Shown: positions 29,617 through 45,062, counted from the first letter of the stretch. The stretch is 64,000 nt of DNA from the human T2T-CHM13v2.0 reference genome, Homo sapiens (GCF_009914755.1 NC_060937.1); one strand, 5' to 3'. The notes: generated by a model from the sequence alone, not told the origin. Numbers and translations are program-made.

Positions 29617-30433
29617 TTGTATTGTGACTTCAGATCTCCAACCTCCACCGAGTGAATCCGAAGCCCAGAAGCCCCTCATACCTTACAAAGCCCTTGGTTG
29701 TACCTCAGCAGTGCAGATTTGCATAGGCTACATGAAAAACCCACCAGGGGATTGGAGGACAGATCCACCCTTCCAACTCCTACCATTGCGCATGTCTGCC
29801 TTCCTCTCATTTGTGCTTCGATTGCAACGCTGCTCCTTCCCAGCCATTATCCCAATCCGTGGCTCCCAGAAAGAAGTCCTTTTCTCCACCTCCAAACCTG
29901 GCCTGACATGCAGATCTGCCCTGTGAAACCATCAATCCACTTCTCAACTACCGACCATCAAGAACTTCATGAAGTATCTAGTACATTCCAAGAAAAGTTC
30001 ACTTCAACCTCTGTGTCTACTCTTCCTATAATTTACCCTCCATATCTGAACCAAAAGTATTTCCTGAATATACTCTATCCTGAGCTTCCCCTTTTCCCTA
30101 CTTCCTTTGTCTGAGAGGAGGAGATGACAGGGTCAGCTAGTTCCTGGTTCCCCAGCCTATGGCTGCACCTAGCCATGGGTTGAGATAATGGGGATAATGG
30201 CTGGGAAGGAGCAGGGTTGGCAACTGAAGCACAAATGAGAGGAAGGCAGACACTTGCAATGGTAGGAGTTGGAAGGGTGGACCTGTTCTCCAGTCCCCTG
30301 GTGGGTTTTTGATGTAGTGATGCCTAAGCAAATCTGCACTGCTGAGGTACAACCAAGGGCTTTATAAGTTACAATGGGCTTCTGGGCTTCAGATTCACTT
30401 GATGGAGGTTGGAGATCTGAAGTCACAATACAA
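29617..30433. repeat. Long inverted repeat: arms 29617-29864 and 30171-30433, spacer about 306 bp
   Basis: By manual alignment the reverse complement of the right arm matches the left arm at roughly 90% with three small indels. The ORF track shows the same peptide start (MTSDLQPP...) on opposite strands. Confidence 0.95.
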
Positions 30434-30743
30434 ACTGGTAGGCCAGTTTCACCCCATGTTTCTTTTTCCTTTTATTTCCTCCATGACTTATTCTATCACC
30501 TGCCACCTTCTGTGACTTACTTCTGGATTGCTGAATGACTCTAGGGTCTGACTTAAGTTTTCATTTGTCATCTTATCTCATTTTCACCCTAGAAGCTATC
30601 ATCTGTCTCTGTGACTCACTTTATGCAAGGGCTTCACAATTCTTTATCTTCTGTTCTTTTTTTCTAATCTGAATTCATCCTGCCCACATCCCTGCCACTT
30701 GTGCATTTCAAGAATATATGTCCATATTCTTCAGGAGATGCAA

Positions 30744-30928
30744 ATATATATAATATGCAAATATATATAATATATGCGTGTGTATATATGTATATATATA
30801 TGTGTATATATGTATATGTGTATATATATGTATATATATGTATGTGTATATATGTATGTATATGTATATATATGTAATATATATGTATATATGTATGTAT
30901 ATATATATACACACACATATATATATAA
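30744..30928. repeat. Long interrupted (TA)/(TATG) microsatellite
   Basis: About 185 bp of mostly alternating purine-pyrimidine TATATG/TATA units. Confidence 0.95.
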
Positions 30929-33751
30929 TGGTAAATATGTACAAAGCACTATAATAGGATAAATAATCATTTATAGGGTGCTCTGGGAACACAAATAGAA
31001 GGTGTCAAAGCCCTAAAGGAAGTGGAAAGGTGGATATCAAAACTCTAGTAATGGAGATGAGGTTTGATTTCAGTTGTAAAGGATAAAGAGGAGTTGGTCA
31101 ACAGAGAAGCAGCAGTTGCAGAATCTTCCAAACCTAAATGATTAATTGGAGTATTTTGCCCTGCCTTGCCAATGACCAGCTCAATAATCCATTCTTAGAC
31201 AGTTTTCAGAATTCAAGACAAATTTCAAAAAATATTTTTTTTAAATTTAGATCTGGTCCTCTTTATATTTCCCAGCATATCCAAATTGCTCCCAGGAGAA
31301 TTTCCATGTTTTTCCTATAGTACTCTTCATGATGTAGCCACCAATTACAGATGTAGCCTCTTCCCTCATCTGTGTCCACATAACTGTACCCTCAGATGGT
31401 TTGCTGTCTTCTGGTTCTTGCCTTTCACATGCTAGTTTCTCTGTCTCACACCCATCATCTCAAGATGCCCTGGGAAATTCCTGCTTATCCCTCAAGACCA
31501 AATGGCTTAGAAAACATGCTTCTTACTGAACCCTGCCTGATCACACCTTGATCACTCTTTTTTCTCTAAAGCTGTTTCTTGGACATAACTCTATGTCCTG
31601 AGCATGGACAATTGCCAGAATCTGCTCACTGCTGACCTTCCCCAGTACACTATGTGCTCCATGAGGACAGAGGCCTCCTTCATATCCCCAGATCTAGCAC
31701 AATGCTCAAGATAAACCTCCTTTGGGTTTTTGAATGGCTGTTAGAAATGCCACTGTAAGAGATCATACTCATTTTGTCCACCTCCTCTCCTGCTGAGGGT
31801 CTCCACTGAATTAAGAGAGGGGAACTAGAATCCTGTTCTCCTGTTTCCCTTCCACAGGTCTTTTAGGCATGTTGCTCTCCTTCCATGTTAATTCCCCTAA
31901 TGATCATTATTGATCCCATCCATTGTGGAGCATCACCAGCCATCATTCCTTTGGAGTTTTGTTTTGGAACCCAGGTTTGGATGAATTTTGTCTTTGGGAG
32001 TTAGTCTCCCACAATGAGTTACATCCCACAATCAATGATGAACAGAGAGGTGACATGTTCCCTCCTTTCCAATGCCTGTCTCACAGATTTGTTCTGCAGA
32101 GCTCACAGACAGGACCAACTGTTCTTCCTGTCGACTGCCAAAATAAGTCAGCAGTTGGGAAGGAGAAAAAAAAGACTATGAATTATGGAAAATAACTGGG
32201 AAGATAAAATGGCAATACAATGAAAAAAAAAAGTAACAATCTCAGTAGCCACCCACTCATGTTACTGTCTCAAATTTCAACCAACTAAAAGAAACTAAAC
32301 TAAATGAAGAAGAACATCTAGTCAACCAGAAGGCTTTGAAGTAGACCAGTAGTTAAGAGCTTTCCCCATTGATCTAACTAATTAGCCTGACTGTCATAAT
32401 GCATGATTCAGTCAAAATCTTTGGCAAAACTGTGTTTTATTAAGACAACAGATCATGTAAGGGAAGAGTTAGGTGGAAAGGGGCAAAGTGACAAAGTGTG
32501 TTTGGAATAAACTCCATTTTCATATGAAATGGCTCATAAAACATCTCTGGCCAACCATTCTGAAGACAAGTCTGACCTATAAACCTTTCCCGTACCTGAT
32601 GATGTGTACACACGTGCTAGCGTCTGGTGGTACTGTGATGTATGGCATAGGCTAGGGGGTGTTATCATTTTAATGTCCCCAGTTCATGCTTGAGAGCACA
32701 CATGTTAGACTTCTCACTTTAATGGTGTTTGTCTCAAGTGCTAAGAATCTGATTATAAACTTATTGCAAGTAATACTTTCCCTTTATCTAACAGAATATC
32801 ATCTCAGAGCTTCCTTGGCACACCACATTAGGATCCACCAGGCTCTCCTGCAATTACTTATGTCTGCTTCTCCTAAGAGACTATGAGTGCCTTCTATGTG
32901 AGGGGTATTCCTCACACCTACCTCGGTTCTGTGAATTCTTCAAATAAGCACAACACACAAGAGAATTACTTAAAAAGTGTATGAATGTGGCTTACAGCTA
33001 TGTGTTAAGAATTTTCTTTGGCAGCTGTCTTTATCAATATCAGTACGTTTGGATAAGTTCTCATGCCACTAGAGCTTGTCATATAAACTGATTTCATGTC
33101 ATGCTAAAATTTCTTTTTAAAAATTCTGGAAAAGTATGTTCAACCCTACTACTGTTTGTGCAAACATCCAGAAGATTGTTGCTCAAAGATGACTTTCTCA
33201 TCTTTCTTGAGACTTTTAAACTTTAGTTCTGAAGTTCTATAATTGCAGTTGTACAAACATTTGATTTATAATAATATGTGGCATAGTGGGAAAAATTATA
33301 GAAGCAAAACAATTTTATGCATCAGCTTTATGTTTCGTTTGGTCTTTTGAGTATTTGTTTTTCTTTTTGTAAACTCAAACTCCCTGCTATGAGAAGAGGA
33401 AGGAAAGATTCTCTCTCTAGAATGGGAGAATCCATTCATGGGGATGCTCTTATCTTCTGACTGATAGTCAAGGCCAGTGTTTCTCTTTTGCACCACATGG
33501 TACAACCCACATCAGTAGTGTGTAACCATTTGAAAACAATGTTGACACATGCAGTAAACATACTTATTACAACAAAGCCTTTGGGATTTTGATTAAATGT
33601 AATAGTGTTTAAGAATCAGAGACATGTACTCTAATTTTCTGAGTTTGTTTCTTCTAATCCTCTGCTGGAAAAATATTTTGTCTGATTATTTTTCCATCAT
33701 CATTTTGGTATCTTCATGCTGTTAAATGTTTCCCTGCTGTTTGCATTTTAG

Positions 33752-33889
<138 letters not shown>

Positions 33890-34169
33890 TGAAATGCAAA
33901 ATCTTTTAGTGCATCCCCAAGTTTAAATGTCGATGGGGTCTGCACCCTAGTGGACCACTCTCTCGATTCCTGGATGCTATCTTCAGGCAAATAGTTTTTG
34001 GGTGTTTAGGAAGCATTGTGGCTTAGTTTGCTATGCAACCATCTCAAAATCAACATTTGCAGACATTGTTCATGTTTTAATTAGACATCCTTTTTCTGTG
34101 GGGCTCATTTGGATATGCCCCTATGTGAATCTCTAATGGGTCTTTTCATTTTCTGATAATAAAAAGTCC

Positions 34170-34470
34170 ACCTGTAATCCCAGTTACTCAGGAGGCTGAG
34201 GCAGGAGGATCCCTTGAGGCCAGGAGTTCAAGACCAGCCTGGGCAACATAGTGAGATCCCCATCTCTCAAAAAATGTCTTAATTAGTCAAGCATGGTGGG
34301 ACGCAACAATAGTCCCAGCTACTCAGGAGACTGAAGTGAAGAATTCCTTGAGGTCAGGAGTTCCAGGCTGCAGTGAGCCGTGTTTCTACCACTGCGCAGC
34401 AACCTGGGTGCCAGAGCGAGATCCCACCTCTAAAAGAAAAAAAATCAAAATTTAGAAAAATAAATAAAAT
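34170..34470 (+). mobile_element. Alu (AluJ type, slightly 5'-truncated)
   Basis: cctgtaatcccag...gaggccaggagttcaagaccagcctgggcaacatag...A-rich tail. Confidence 0.85.
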
Positions 34471-35212
34471 AAGAAGCCCTGTTACATGCTAGTCCCTTGA
34501 ACAGTCTCTGTTCAGATTTTAACACATCCAGCTCAAATAATGATCAAAATTCTGAACTTCATTCTAAGTTAAAACATCCTTCTTGGCTGTTCCAGGCCTG
34601 TCCCATCCTTACTGGGCATGGGACTGATCCCTACCTACTCAGGTTGCCTCTGGGTCTTCCAGGGTTAATGAGGAGGGGAAGAGGTAAGGAGGTGTCTTCT
34701 GATGAAGGTAAAAAGTCTTCTAACGATAAAAAGACCTGCTTATGGCAGGTGTTCTGATGACACAGGTGTACTATGGCGCTGGTCTCCTCCAGCTGGGGCA
34801 GACTTCAACAGCTCTCCACATATTCAGGAGCACTTCAGGGACTTCCTTCTCTAACTGGCAACATCCTCCTTTGGCCGGTCATTTGTAACTCACCCCTCAG
34901 CCCCTGGGCACCTTGCAGACCCTCTGTTGGAGTCTCATTGTTCTCTCAGTACACATTCTTTGTGAAAACCACATCTGGTGCCCAAGAAACAAACTCTTAG
35001 ATGGCTTCCTAGGTGCAGCTTTTCTCTAACAGAGCCTGTGTTTCCATGCAGGGGCCTGGCAGGAGCCATTGCCACAGCCCTGGCCTCAGAGATATCACAG
35101 TGCACAGTGGCCCCAAACCCCCAGGAGCCACATACCAAGATCTCTGGGTGGCCTCCTGAAACCACTTTCACCAGGCTGAGGCAAGGGGAAGCCTTGGACA
35201 AGAGAGGGCCAA

Positions 35213-35317
35213 CTGCTACCTCTTGGTAAAGGAGGCATCATCTTTCTAGTGTGTGATGACCTGGCTGCTAACTCTTGGTAAAGGAGGCATCGTCTTTCTA
35301 GTGTGTGATGACCTGGC
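35213..35317. repeat. Two-copy 52-bp tandem duplication
   Basis: ctgcta(c/a)ctcttggtaaaggaggcatc(a/g)tctttctagtgtgtgatgacctgg occurs twice with 2 mismatches. Confidence 0.95.
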
Positions 35318-35750
35318 CTTCTTAACTTCAACCTTCATCAGTGCAGGGGAGAGGGCGGGCTACAGGGCTGTTTTGGATCATCCCCTTGCAAGTCCTATTT
35401 GCATGTTTGGCCCTGCCCCAACCCATGTGTCCCTGGAACACCAGCGACACCAACATCGCCAGGGATCTGGCTAGCACAGCAATGCCTCAGGCCCCACCCA
35501 GGACCTGTGGCATCCAGAGCTTTATCTGCAGCCTTAGCTGAAACTGGGACAGGGAGAGTCTCATTTAATCTAACGCTAAAGACAGAACAGGGTATCACAA
35601 ATTCTCCTGAAAACTTCCCTTAAATATAATGATAAGAAATTTTGCCCCATTAGAAATTTCTGTTCTATTTAACAAAGATTAAATTTCTATACCCTATTGA
35701 CCTGGAACAGAAAAAATGAACAGAACTGTAATTACTTGTTCACTTTTCTA

Positions 35751-36098
<348 letters not shown>

Positions 36099-38381
36099 TT
36101 ACATCAAGATAGAAACCATAATCTCATATTGCATAAATGAAATAATGGATATGAGTATTTTTTAATTACAGGCTTGTAAATGCAAAGCATTAATTATTGA
36201 TTTTTATTTTCATAGCTCTTAAAACAGTTCCCTCAATGCTTTTTGCTAATATTAAATTTACTCAAAATTTATATAATCTGGAACCATTTCCAGTTGTTGT
36301 TTTAAGAATTCTATATTTTTCTTTAAAAATGTCCAGGGGAAAGAAAGCTGTAACTTTTAGTTTTAAATTTAATCATTTTAATTTAAAATTATTCCTACCA
36401 GAAGTTTTTTCTCTGACTCTATATGCTCATTTTATCCTGGATGAAAAATATCTGTAAATTAAGACCTTACATGGGCGGTATCTTAGAAGCAGTCTTCTGA
36501 ATTTGTCTGAAAGACAACAAACATCAACATCCATTAGTGGCAATTTTATTTTTACCAGTTGCCCCTTATTGAAGATATCAATATTTAGCAACTGGTGTAA
36601 CATTTTTAAAGAATTTTAAAAGGCTATTGGGATGAAGTGTGAGAAAATGAGGTCTTCCGGAGGCGGGACAATAGACTCCGGGTGAAAGTGAATCCAGTGA
36701 ATAGCTGTGCTGTAGTGGGAGGTCAGGAGAAGTCTGGCACATCCACATTAATCTTCTCTTTATTCCAAGAGATTAAACATCTTGAAAATACTCTCTCTTT
36801 CACCCTTCCGAAAGCCAATGTCTCCCTTTTTTTTTAGTGTAACAAGAAAGAACGAGTGAACAGGCCAATTTCAAGTCTTCTGCCTTTTTCGCGCTCAAGG
36901 TGCCCATCACATGGTTCATACGTCTCCACTTTACTCCACATTTTATATTCCTGGAAGTCTGACTGTGCCTCATACTGTTTAACATTTTTCCTTTAGGTTA
37001 CTTCAGAATGACTGTTTTACAGTTAACTTAATGCAACTGCATTCCAACATAACTAAACCTTTAGTAGTGCCATCTGAAAAAAACGCTTTCAGCATTTCAG
37101 ATATCCACATATTATTTTCCTGTTCAGCCATCATAGTAGAACGTTCTGTTCAGCTTTCTACCAGCTACTCAAGTAAACACATCAAAGTTAATATCATAGG
37201 TACCCCTCATATTTATTATTTTATAACCATGAACTATTTTAAAGCACTTAATATTTTATAGGCTTCCTCCTTTCCCAAGGGCAAAAATAAAGTGTCTTTG
37301 CTGCAGACATTGGCTTTCCTGAAATTATAACTCTTCTATAATCTTAATCAACTCCTTGTAATCCTAGAAACTTTTAAAATTGGGAGAGACAGAATCACAA
37401 AGTTTGAAAAGACTCTAATCAGAATTCCTCTACCTGCACTTGTCCACTTCACCCATGAGAAGGCGTCACTGTGCTGGCCTTGTACACACTCAGGGCCCAG
37501 GAAGCAACTCTTTCATGAGGCAGCCTGATCCACTTCCACCCTGTGCTAATTGTTAGAAAGTTCTTTCTAACACTGATTGCAAATATGCTTCCCTGTGACT
37601 TTCTTGGTTGCTGATCTGCCCCCTGGAGAGTGAGAGATTATGTCTGTGTAACTGCAGGCTAAGGAAATGTAGTTTGACCTCCTAAGCTTGGGGACATATG
37701 AGCCCGGGCTCTACTATTCCTTGGTTGTGTTGACCTGGAGGAACTTTCTTAGTTTTACTAAGAGAAGTGCCATTGTGTCTGAAATTGAGATAGCGGTATA
37801 TTTTGTCATTGAGTTTCAGAATTGAATGACGCAATAGAGTGTCTTACAGAGGTCCCTTTAAATGGTGGTCTTTTATTTTTAATTCTTGTATTTGTTACTG
37901 ACATATTGATTTCAAAGCATTTTCACTCATTTCCCCCAACTTTTACACATTTTTCTAGCCGTCCTTTCCCAGAGAGCAGGATGGATGTCCTATATTTATA
38001 CACAATCTTTTTCCAGAGTCTTAAATATAGTGTTAATTTCTCTAAGAATTAAATCATAATCTTAGAAACAATATATGCATGATATTTCCAAAGACAAACC
38101 CCATAAGCCTTAGGTGTTTATGTAATAATGTGATGTAATGAAAGATGATCCGCACATCCCAAAATGCTGCAGTTGGAGGCACACCCCAAAATTCTGTGGG
38201 ATTTAGACCTAGTTCTTTCCCACTGATTTAACTCCAGTCCATCAAAGTCCAGCTTGTGTTACCAAAAACAATGTGGAGGCCTTTATCATCAATATATTGC
38301 CTGCAAGATCTCATTCAAGTCAAAGAGCTTTGCCTTTAGTGTTATCACTGCTGATTTAGATAAATTCTTATTCTGGGTTAA

Positions 38382-38741
<360 letters not shown>

Positions 38742-40418
38742 TAAAGGCAGAGAGCATGCAATTTTAATTACCTTTGTGATTGGTTCAGTGGAGTCATGAA
38801 AATTCAAATAGCCCTTAATGCAGAGTTCAATCAAATATGACAGGAGTTGCAGGAACAGGCATGCGTGGTTTGTTATTCGAAATGGCAGCAGTCTAAAAAG
38901 ATGCTTTCCTGTGCTGTCTTCTCACGAGTTCAAGGCTTTCTGTGTTCCTTCATTCATATGTGATGATGACTGCCTCTCCTGCCATGCTTGTGTCACTTAA
39001 CTACCTCAAGCACACTCTAGTTCTAAAGCATTTACTGTTTCTGTATTAGCAAAAATATATAGCTTGGCTGTTGACATTTTTACACAAGCGTTACGGATAT
39101 AAGGCTGGCTTATAGAAACTTCTGGAAATCTGACCCAAAAAATGGAGATACCACTCTGAAAACATGGAAGAAGTGAACTCAATAGATAGATTGTAAGTGT
39201 ATTATATATCCCTGTGTAAACTGTCACGTCTCTCTTTACCAATAAAGCAAGCTTTGGGGAAAGCTTTGTATTTAAAAGTTCACTTTAGAGGCTTAGCTTA
39301 AAACAGAAATGTGACGATCACCTGGTCCCTCTCCATTTGATCATTCTCCTCTCTCTGTGAATGATGAAGACACCCGTGAATCACAACACCCCTAAGAGGG
39401 AGGGCAAGGAGCTGCTTCCTTTGGACCTTAATTCATCGTCAGGGAGATGTTTGTTTTGCTATAGAAACTTGGTAATATCTTGTTGTTTCTCACTGAAAAT
39501 GACTCTCCTTTCCCATTTCTGCCGATGTCAATTTTTTTTTATTAAAGTGGAAATGGCAATGTGTATCTTGTTAATTAGCTTCAAATATCTCAGTGATTAA
39601 ATACTGAAAAAAATCCCCTTTGTACAGAAAAAAAGACTGTAATTAAACATTACAGGAAAAACAAATTATCCACTGAGTGCCATGCTTTCATCTTCAGCTA
39701 TTTCATTTTCTACATGGGCGGCTGGCTCTGCCTTGTGGTAGATTCTAGCCCTGTTGGTGTTCTGCCACAGAAAGATATAATTATAAAAACAAACGCTTGG
39801 AAACTCCTTGTAGAATGAATGCATTGGCATCTTGCTAGCACATGATTACGTTGACATGCGAAGCCAGAAGAAGTTTTTTTAAGCAAGATAACTATTAATT
39901 TTATATGACTTCCAAAATAATATTTATTATTTTCTCTGCTGGAACTAAACGGCCACCCCAATTTCTCAATTTGATTATGTATGTATTTTCCTGATACAAA
40001 ATTAAGTGAAGAAGTATTTGTCTGTTTATTTACTGAATACCAGCAGTTTACTTGGCACTGGACAACCATATGGAGTCAAGGAGGAGAAATAATAGCTCTG
40101 CACATAATTAAATAATTTCTGGTAGAATTTAAGAGGCAAGAAAGAGAGTAATGGGGAGAAGGAGAACACTGAAATGTAAATTTCTGAGAGTTTTAAGTAG
40201 AGTCTATCCTCTTGCGAGGGGAAATGGTGATGAACTCCCAGCATTTGATGCATCAGTAACTCTCTATTAAGATGGATTTGCCAGAAATTATCATTCAGAT
40301 TGAAATTCTGGTTTTTTGATTTGCTTAATAATCAGAGTGTGAAGAATTCATTCAGTGAGTGCCTGATGGAAAATGCGAAGGCCCTTAAGTAGTGTTGCGT
40401 TTGTGTGAGAATGTTTAA

Positions 40419-40985
<567 letters not shown>

Positions 40986-41967
40986 CTTCGCCTTGGGGCG
41001 CCCATGGCAGTACTGTCGCCCTAATGTATTCTTAATAGAAATAAATCCAATTGTTGGCTTGCCAGCAGCTCTTAATCATTAAATATAAATAATATTTATT
41101 CAAATCTCTAAGCCTCTTAGGGAAAAGCTACTTACATGGCATTTCCTTAACTCCCATCCCCACCCTGCCTCCAAAGAGCAGTATCAAATCAATTCAGAAA
41201 GTCGGCAGCTATTCCATGTAAAGGTTCACCAATGAGAAAGTAAAAAAAAAAAAAAAAAACTGCTTCAGGCATTCCAGTTATCACAGTCTAATAAAAAATT
41301 AAGACTGCTTCATCATATGATAAGTGAAATTATTTACCCATAGGAGAGTCATCGTGCAGGAAACTTCTGTTAGGAAAACTTTTGAGACTAGATTATAAAA
41401 GTTTCTGCATCCATTGTCTAGAAACAGGGATGCTCAAAAGGGAACATAGCAGTTTCTTCTCAGCCAGATCTCATAGATCAGTAATGAGACAATTACTGTT
41501 TAAATATTAATTTTAAGAATGGTGAAAAATAAAGGAAGTGCTTCTTAGCGGAACACTTAGAATTTAACAGATTCTATTGATCACCCGCTATGCATCAGGC
41601 TCTATTCTAGGCATGTCTGTCTCTTTCTTCATGGAGTTTACATTCTAGTGCGGCAAAACAGATGGTAAACATAATACAACAGTAAATACTTTAGAACTGG
41701 ATTGTTGCTGCTGAGAGAAATACATAGACCCAGGGTAGTAGTACAGGATGGAAGAGAGGTTGAGATTCTAAATGAAACAGCTGGGTAGAACTCGCTAGAA
41801 AATAATATCTGAGAACATAAGATGAAACACAGTTCCTTCAGTAAATAAATGACCCCAAATACAAAAACACAGCAAATCCATAAGCTCAAACGTTGGGATG
41901 ACTGACACCAAGAAGATAATAGGAAGACATGGGGCAGAGGACTGAAGCAGTAAGTCCATCCTAGCCA

Positions 41968-42525
<558 letters not shown>

Positions 42526-44189
42526 CTCTTCAAAGTGCTTTTTATTAGTGGCATTAAGAAAGAATAGACCTTTAGGATATTTTTCACTTACAAAAAGTTA
42601 CTGTCTTAGTATATCAGCCATGTTTCAACAATGCTTAGATCAAAGCAGAGGAGAAATTCCTAAGACTATGGGGAGGAGAGTCCAAATGTTTGTCTTTAGA
42701 GTCCTGGTGATAAGGACAACAAGAAAATCTGTAAAACGACATTAGATGAGATCGTCCATAGGAAAGTCTTCAAAGTGGACATTGACGTGGGCTTAGATAT
42801 AAATTAGAACAGGACCTCCAAAGATATGAGGCATTCTCCCCCCGTGCCACATATACCAGGAGAAGCCCAGGATCTGAGGGAGCCACCAGCACCCTCCCTG
42901 AGAAAGCGGGGAGTGTCCCGTTGCCACTGTTCCTACTTTCAGGCCTCCATGTTAGATTTGCGGCCCATATCTCAAAAAGGTGTGATTAGAATAACAAGAA
43001 AGATTTTTGGCAGCTTGCGTGAGGAAGATGGTATCTAAAATGCTAAGACCGATAAGATGGAGAGGGTACGAAATTAAGACTCCAGATAGTACCAGACATT
43101 GAAAAAACAGTAATGAAATGTGATTGAAAATTGCAGCAAGTACAGAATGGAGCCCCATCCGAGCTTGAACCCTGCAAACAGGCTCTAGAAAGTTGCATAA
43201 ATAGGCTTCAGAATACCTTGTAACATCTAGAAAAAGCTAAAGGTTTGTGTGCACCTTAAAACACCACTGCCCTGGAGTAATGAGGGGACCACTTTGTCAC
43301 ATGTTATGAAGGGGGATCAAATAGGAAGAAGCTGACCTCAGAGAGCTCTCTCCTATGGGCAGCAAAAAAAAAAAAAAAGTCAATTAAAATAAAAGTTAGG
43401 AACCATAGGAGATATATATACACACACACACACACATATGTATATATCTATACACACACATAATATGAAAGCAAAGTGACCCCAAAAAAGATTAATAAAG
43501 AAGACAGCTATCATAACTCTTAAATTCCTTATTACATGCTATCAAAATACATCATGTGATAGCATTAGGCATGCAAGATATTTATGTAAAATTTAGTTTC
43601 TTGGATCCTAATTTTGTCTCATATGTGACTATAAGGTACTTAGAGATGCGTTTGGTCCACTGTGTCGCACCCTGGTGAGCAGACCTTTCAGAAGCTTGTC
43701 AAAGGGCAAGTGTATGCATTGTTTCCTTTTTACCATCTACATTATCTGTTCTTTCTTACAGTACATAATTCTTCATGCTGGTTACTTTACAACCACCACC
43801 ACAAAAAGAAAGTCTTTGATCTCCTGCAACTAGAGATGTATTTCTGCATTCTGGCATGTGCTCTCAATACTGTATATTTTTAAGAATAAGACAATTAACC
43901 AGCTTAAGCTGCTTGAGCATGCTTGCTGATTAGTTTTTACAGCATTAGGGAGTCAGAGAGGGCAAGCGCAGGAGCTTAGCCACTCAGTCTGTCAGTGGTC
44001 TGGGTTTGTAATCCATGATCGCAAAGGTAGCTCCACCCACACGTGATAAGCCAGCTGTCAGACAGGGTTCTGGTCCCTTCTGTGCCATTATGTCAGGAGC
44101 TGAAGGTGGTTGAGTTAGGACAGTGATGAAATTGATCCTAGCATGTTAGACATCTCCCTCAGTCCAACACAATCCGAGTATAATCTAAG

Positions 44190-44362
44190 TCTTTGTTGTT
44201 CAATGCAGTAGCCACTAGGCACACGTAGCCAATTAAGTTTAGAGTAAATAAAATTAAATACAATTTTAAATTTCATTCCTCCATCATCAGTCACTTTCCA
44301 AGTACTCAGTAGCCACAGGGGTAGAATTTTTCCATCATCACCGAAGCTTCTCTTAGACAACC
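44190..44362. mobile_element. MER3/MER33-like hAT remnant
   Basis: gtagccactaggcacacgtagc...aaattaaatacaattttaaatttcattcct...caagtactcagtagccaca. Confidence 0.6.
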
Positions 44363-44908
44363 CTGATTCTAAATGCTTTGTGTGTCTACCAAGCGGTGAT
44401 ACTGAATTTTTTGCATCTAGTAACGTGTCACAAAATTATTCTCCTTTCTGTCAAAAGATAGGAAGACCATTTGATCACTATTCTAAAATGTTTGGTGAAC
44501 CTTGGTTTCGCAGGATCAAGGACTACGGCTGAAGTTGGTTTTGTACCTGAGCCATCCTTTTTGGCATGTTAAAAAATCAAGTTCAAGTTCTTTTCCTTTA
44601 CAAATAAAGCTGCGAATCAATTCAGATGGTTACAGAGTGAAAGGAGATCTGATCGGAGACCAAGGGCCAAGGATTGTAGGGTGACCAGCACCACGGTCAC
44701 TTCAAAGTTGTCTTTGTATTTATTCTTGTTCTTACTAGCATATGTCTTTCCTGGTAGGTCTTCACCCAATAAAAATGGTTGTGGTGAAGGAAAACAGTAC
44801 AGAGAGCAATTTTTTCTCATTTCCTTTGTGCCTCAAAAGCGTGAAACAATTTTGCAGGCCAATAAATGTTAACACTTCTTTGCAAACTACCAGCAAGCTA
44901 GAGACAAC

Positions 44909-44993
44909 TTTTTTTTTTATTATACTTTAAGTTTTAGGGTACATGTGCACAACGTGCAGGTTTGTTACATATGTATGCATGTGCCATGTTGCT
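44909..44993 (-). mobile_element. Extremely 5'-truncated L1PA insertion (about 80 bp) with TSD
   Basis: T-tail plus attatactttaagttttagggtacatgtgcacaacgtgcagg; direct repeat GAGACAACTTTTT at 44901-44913 and 44994-45006. Confidence 0.9.
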
Positions 44994-45024
44994 GAGACAA
45001 CTTTTTAAAAGTACTATGTTTTTG

Positions 45025-45062
45025 TTAGGTCAGTGCAAAAGGAATTGTGGTTTTTGCCATTG
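45025..45062 (+). mobile_element. Half MADE1 / solo Hsmar1 TIR
   Basis: TTAGGTCAGTGCAAAAGGAATTGTGGTTTTTGCCATT resembles the left half of the 80-bp MADE1 MITE; no partner arm follows. Confidence 0.8.

Noticed and set aside
30664-30992. YI/HI-rich ORFs
   Set aside because: Translations of the TA-rich microsatellite.
35213-35317. Direct repeats as a CRISPR-like array or C/D snoRNA
   Set aside because: Only two abutting copies with no spacers in eukaryotic DNA; no D box (CTGA) or terminal stem at a suitable distance.
41242-41259. A18 run as evidence of a retrocopy or true poly(A) site
   Set aside because: No flanking direct repeats seen; noted only as an internal-priming hazard when assessing the short isoform.
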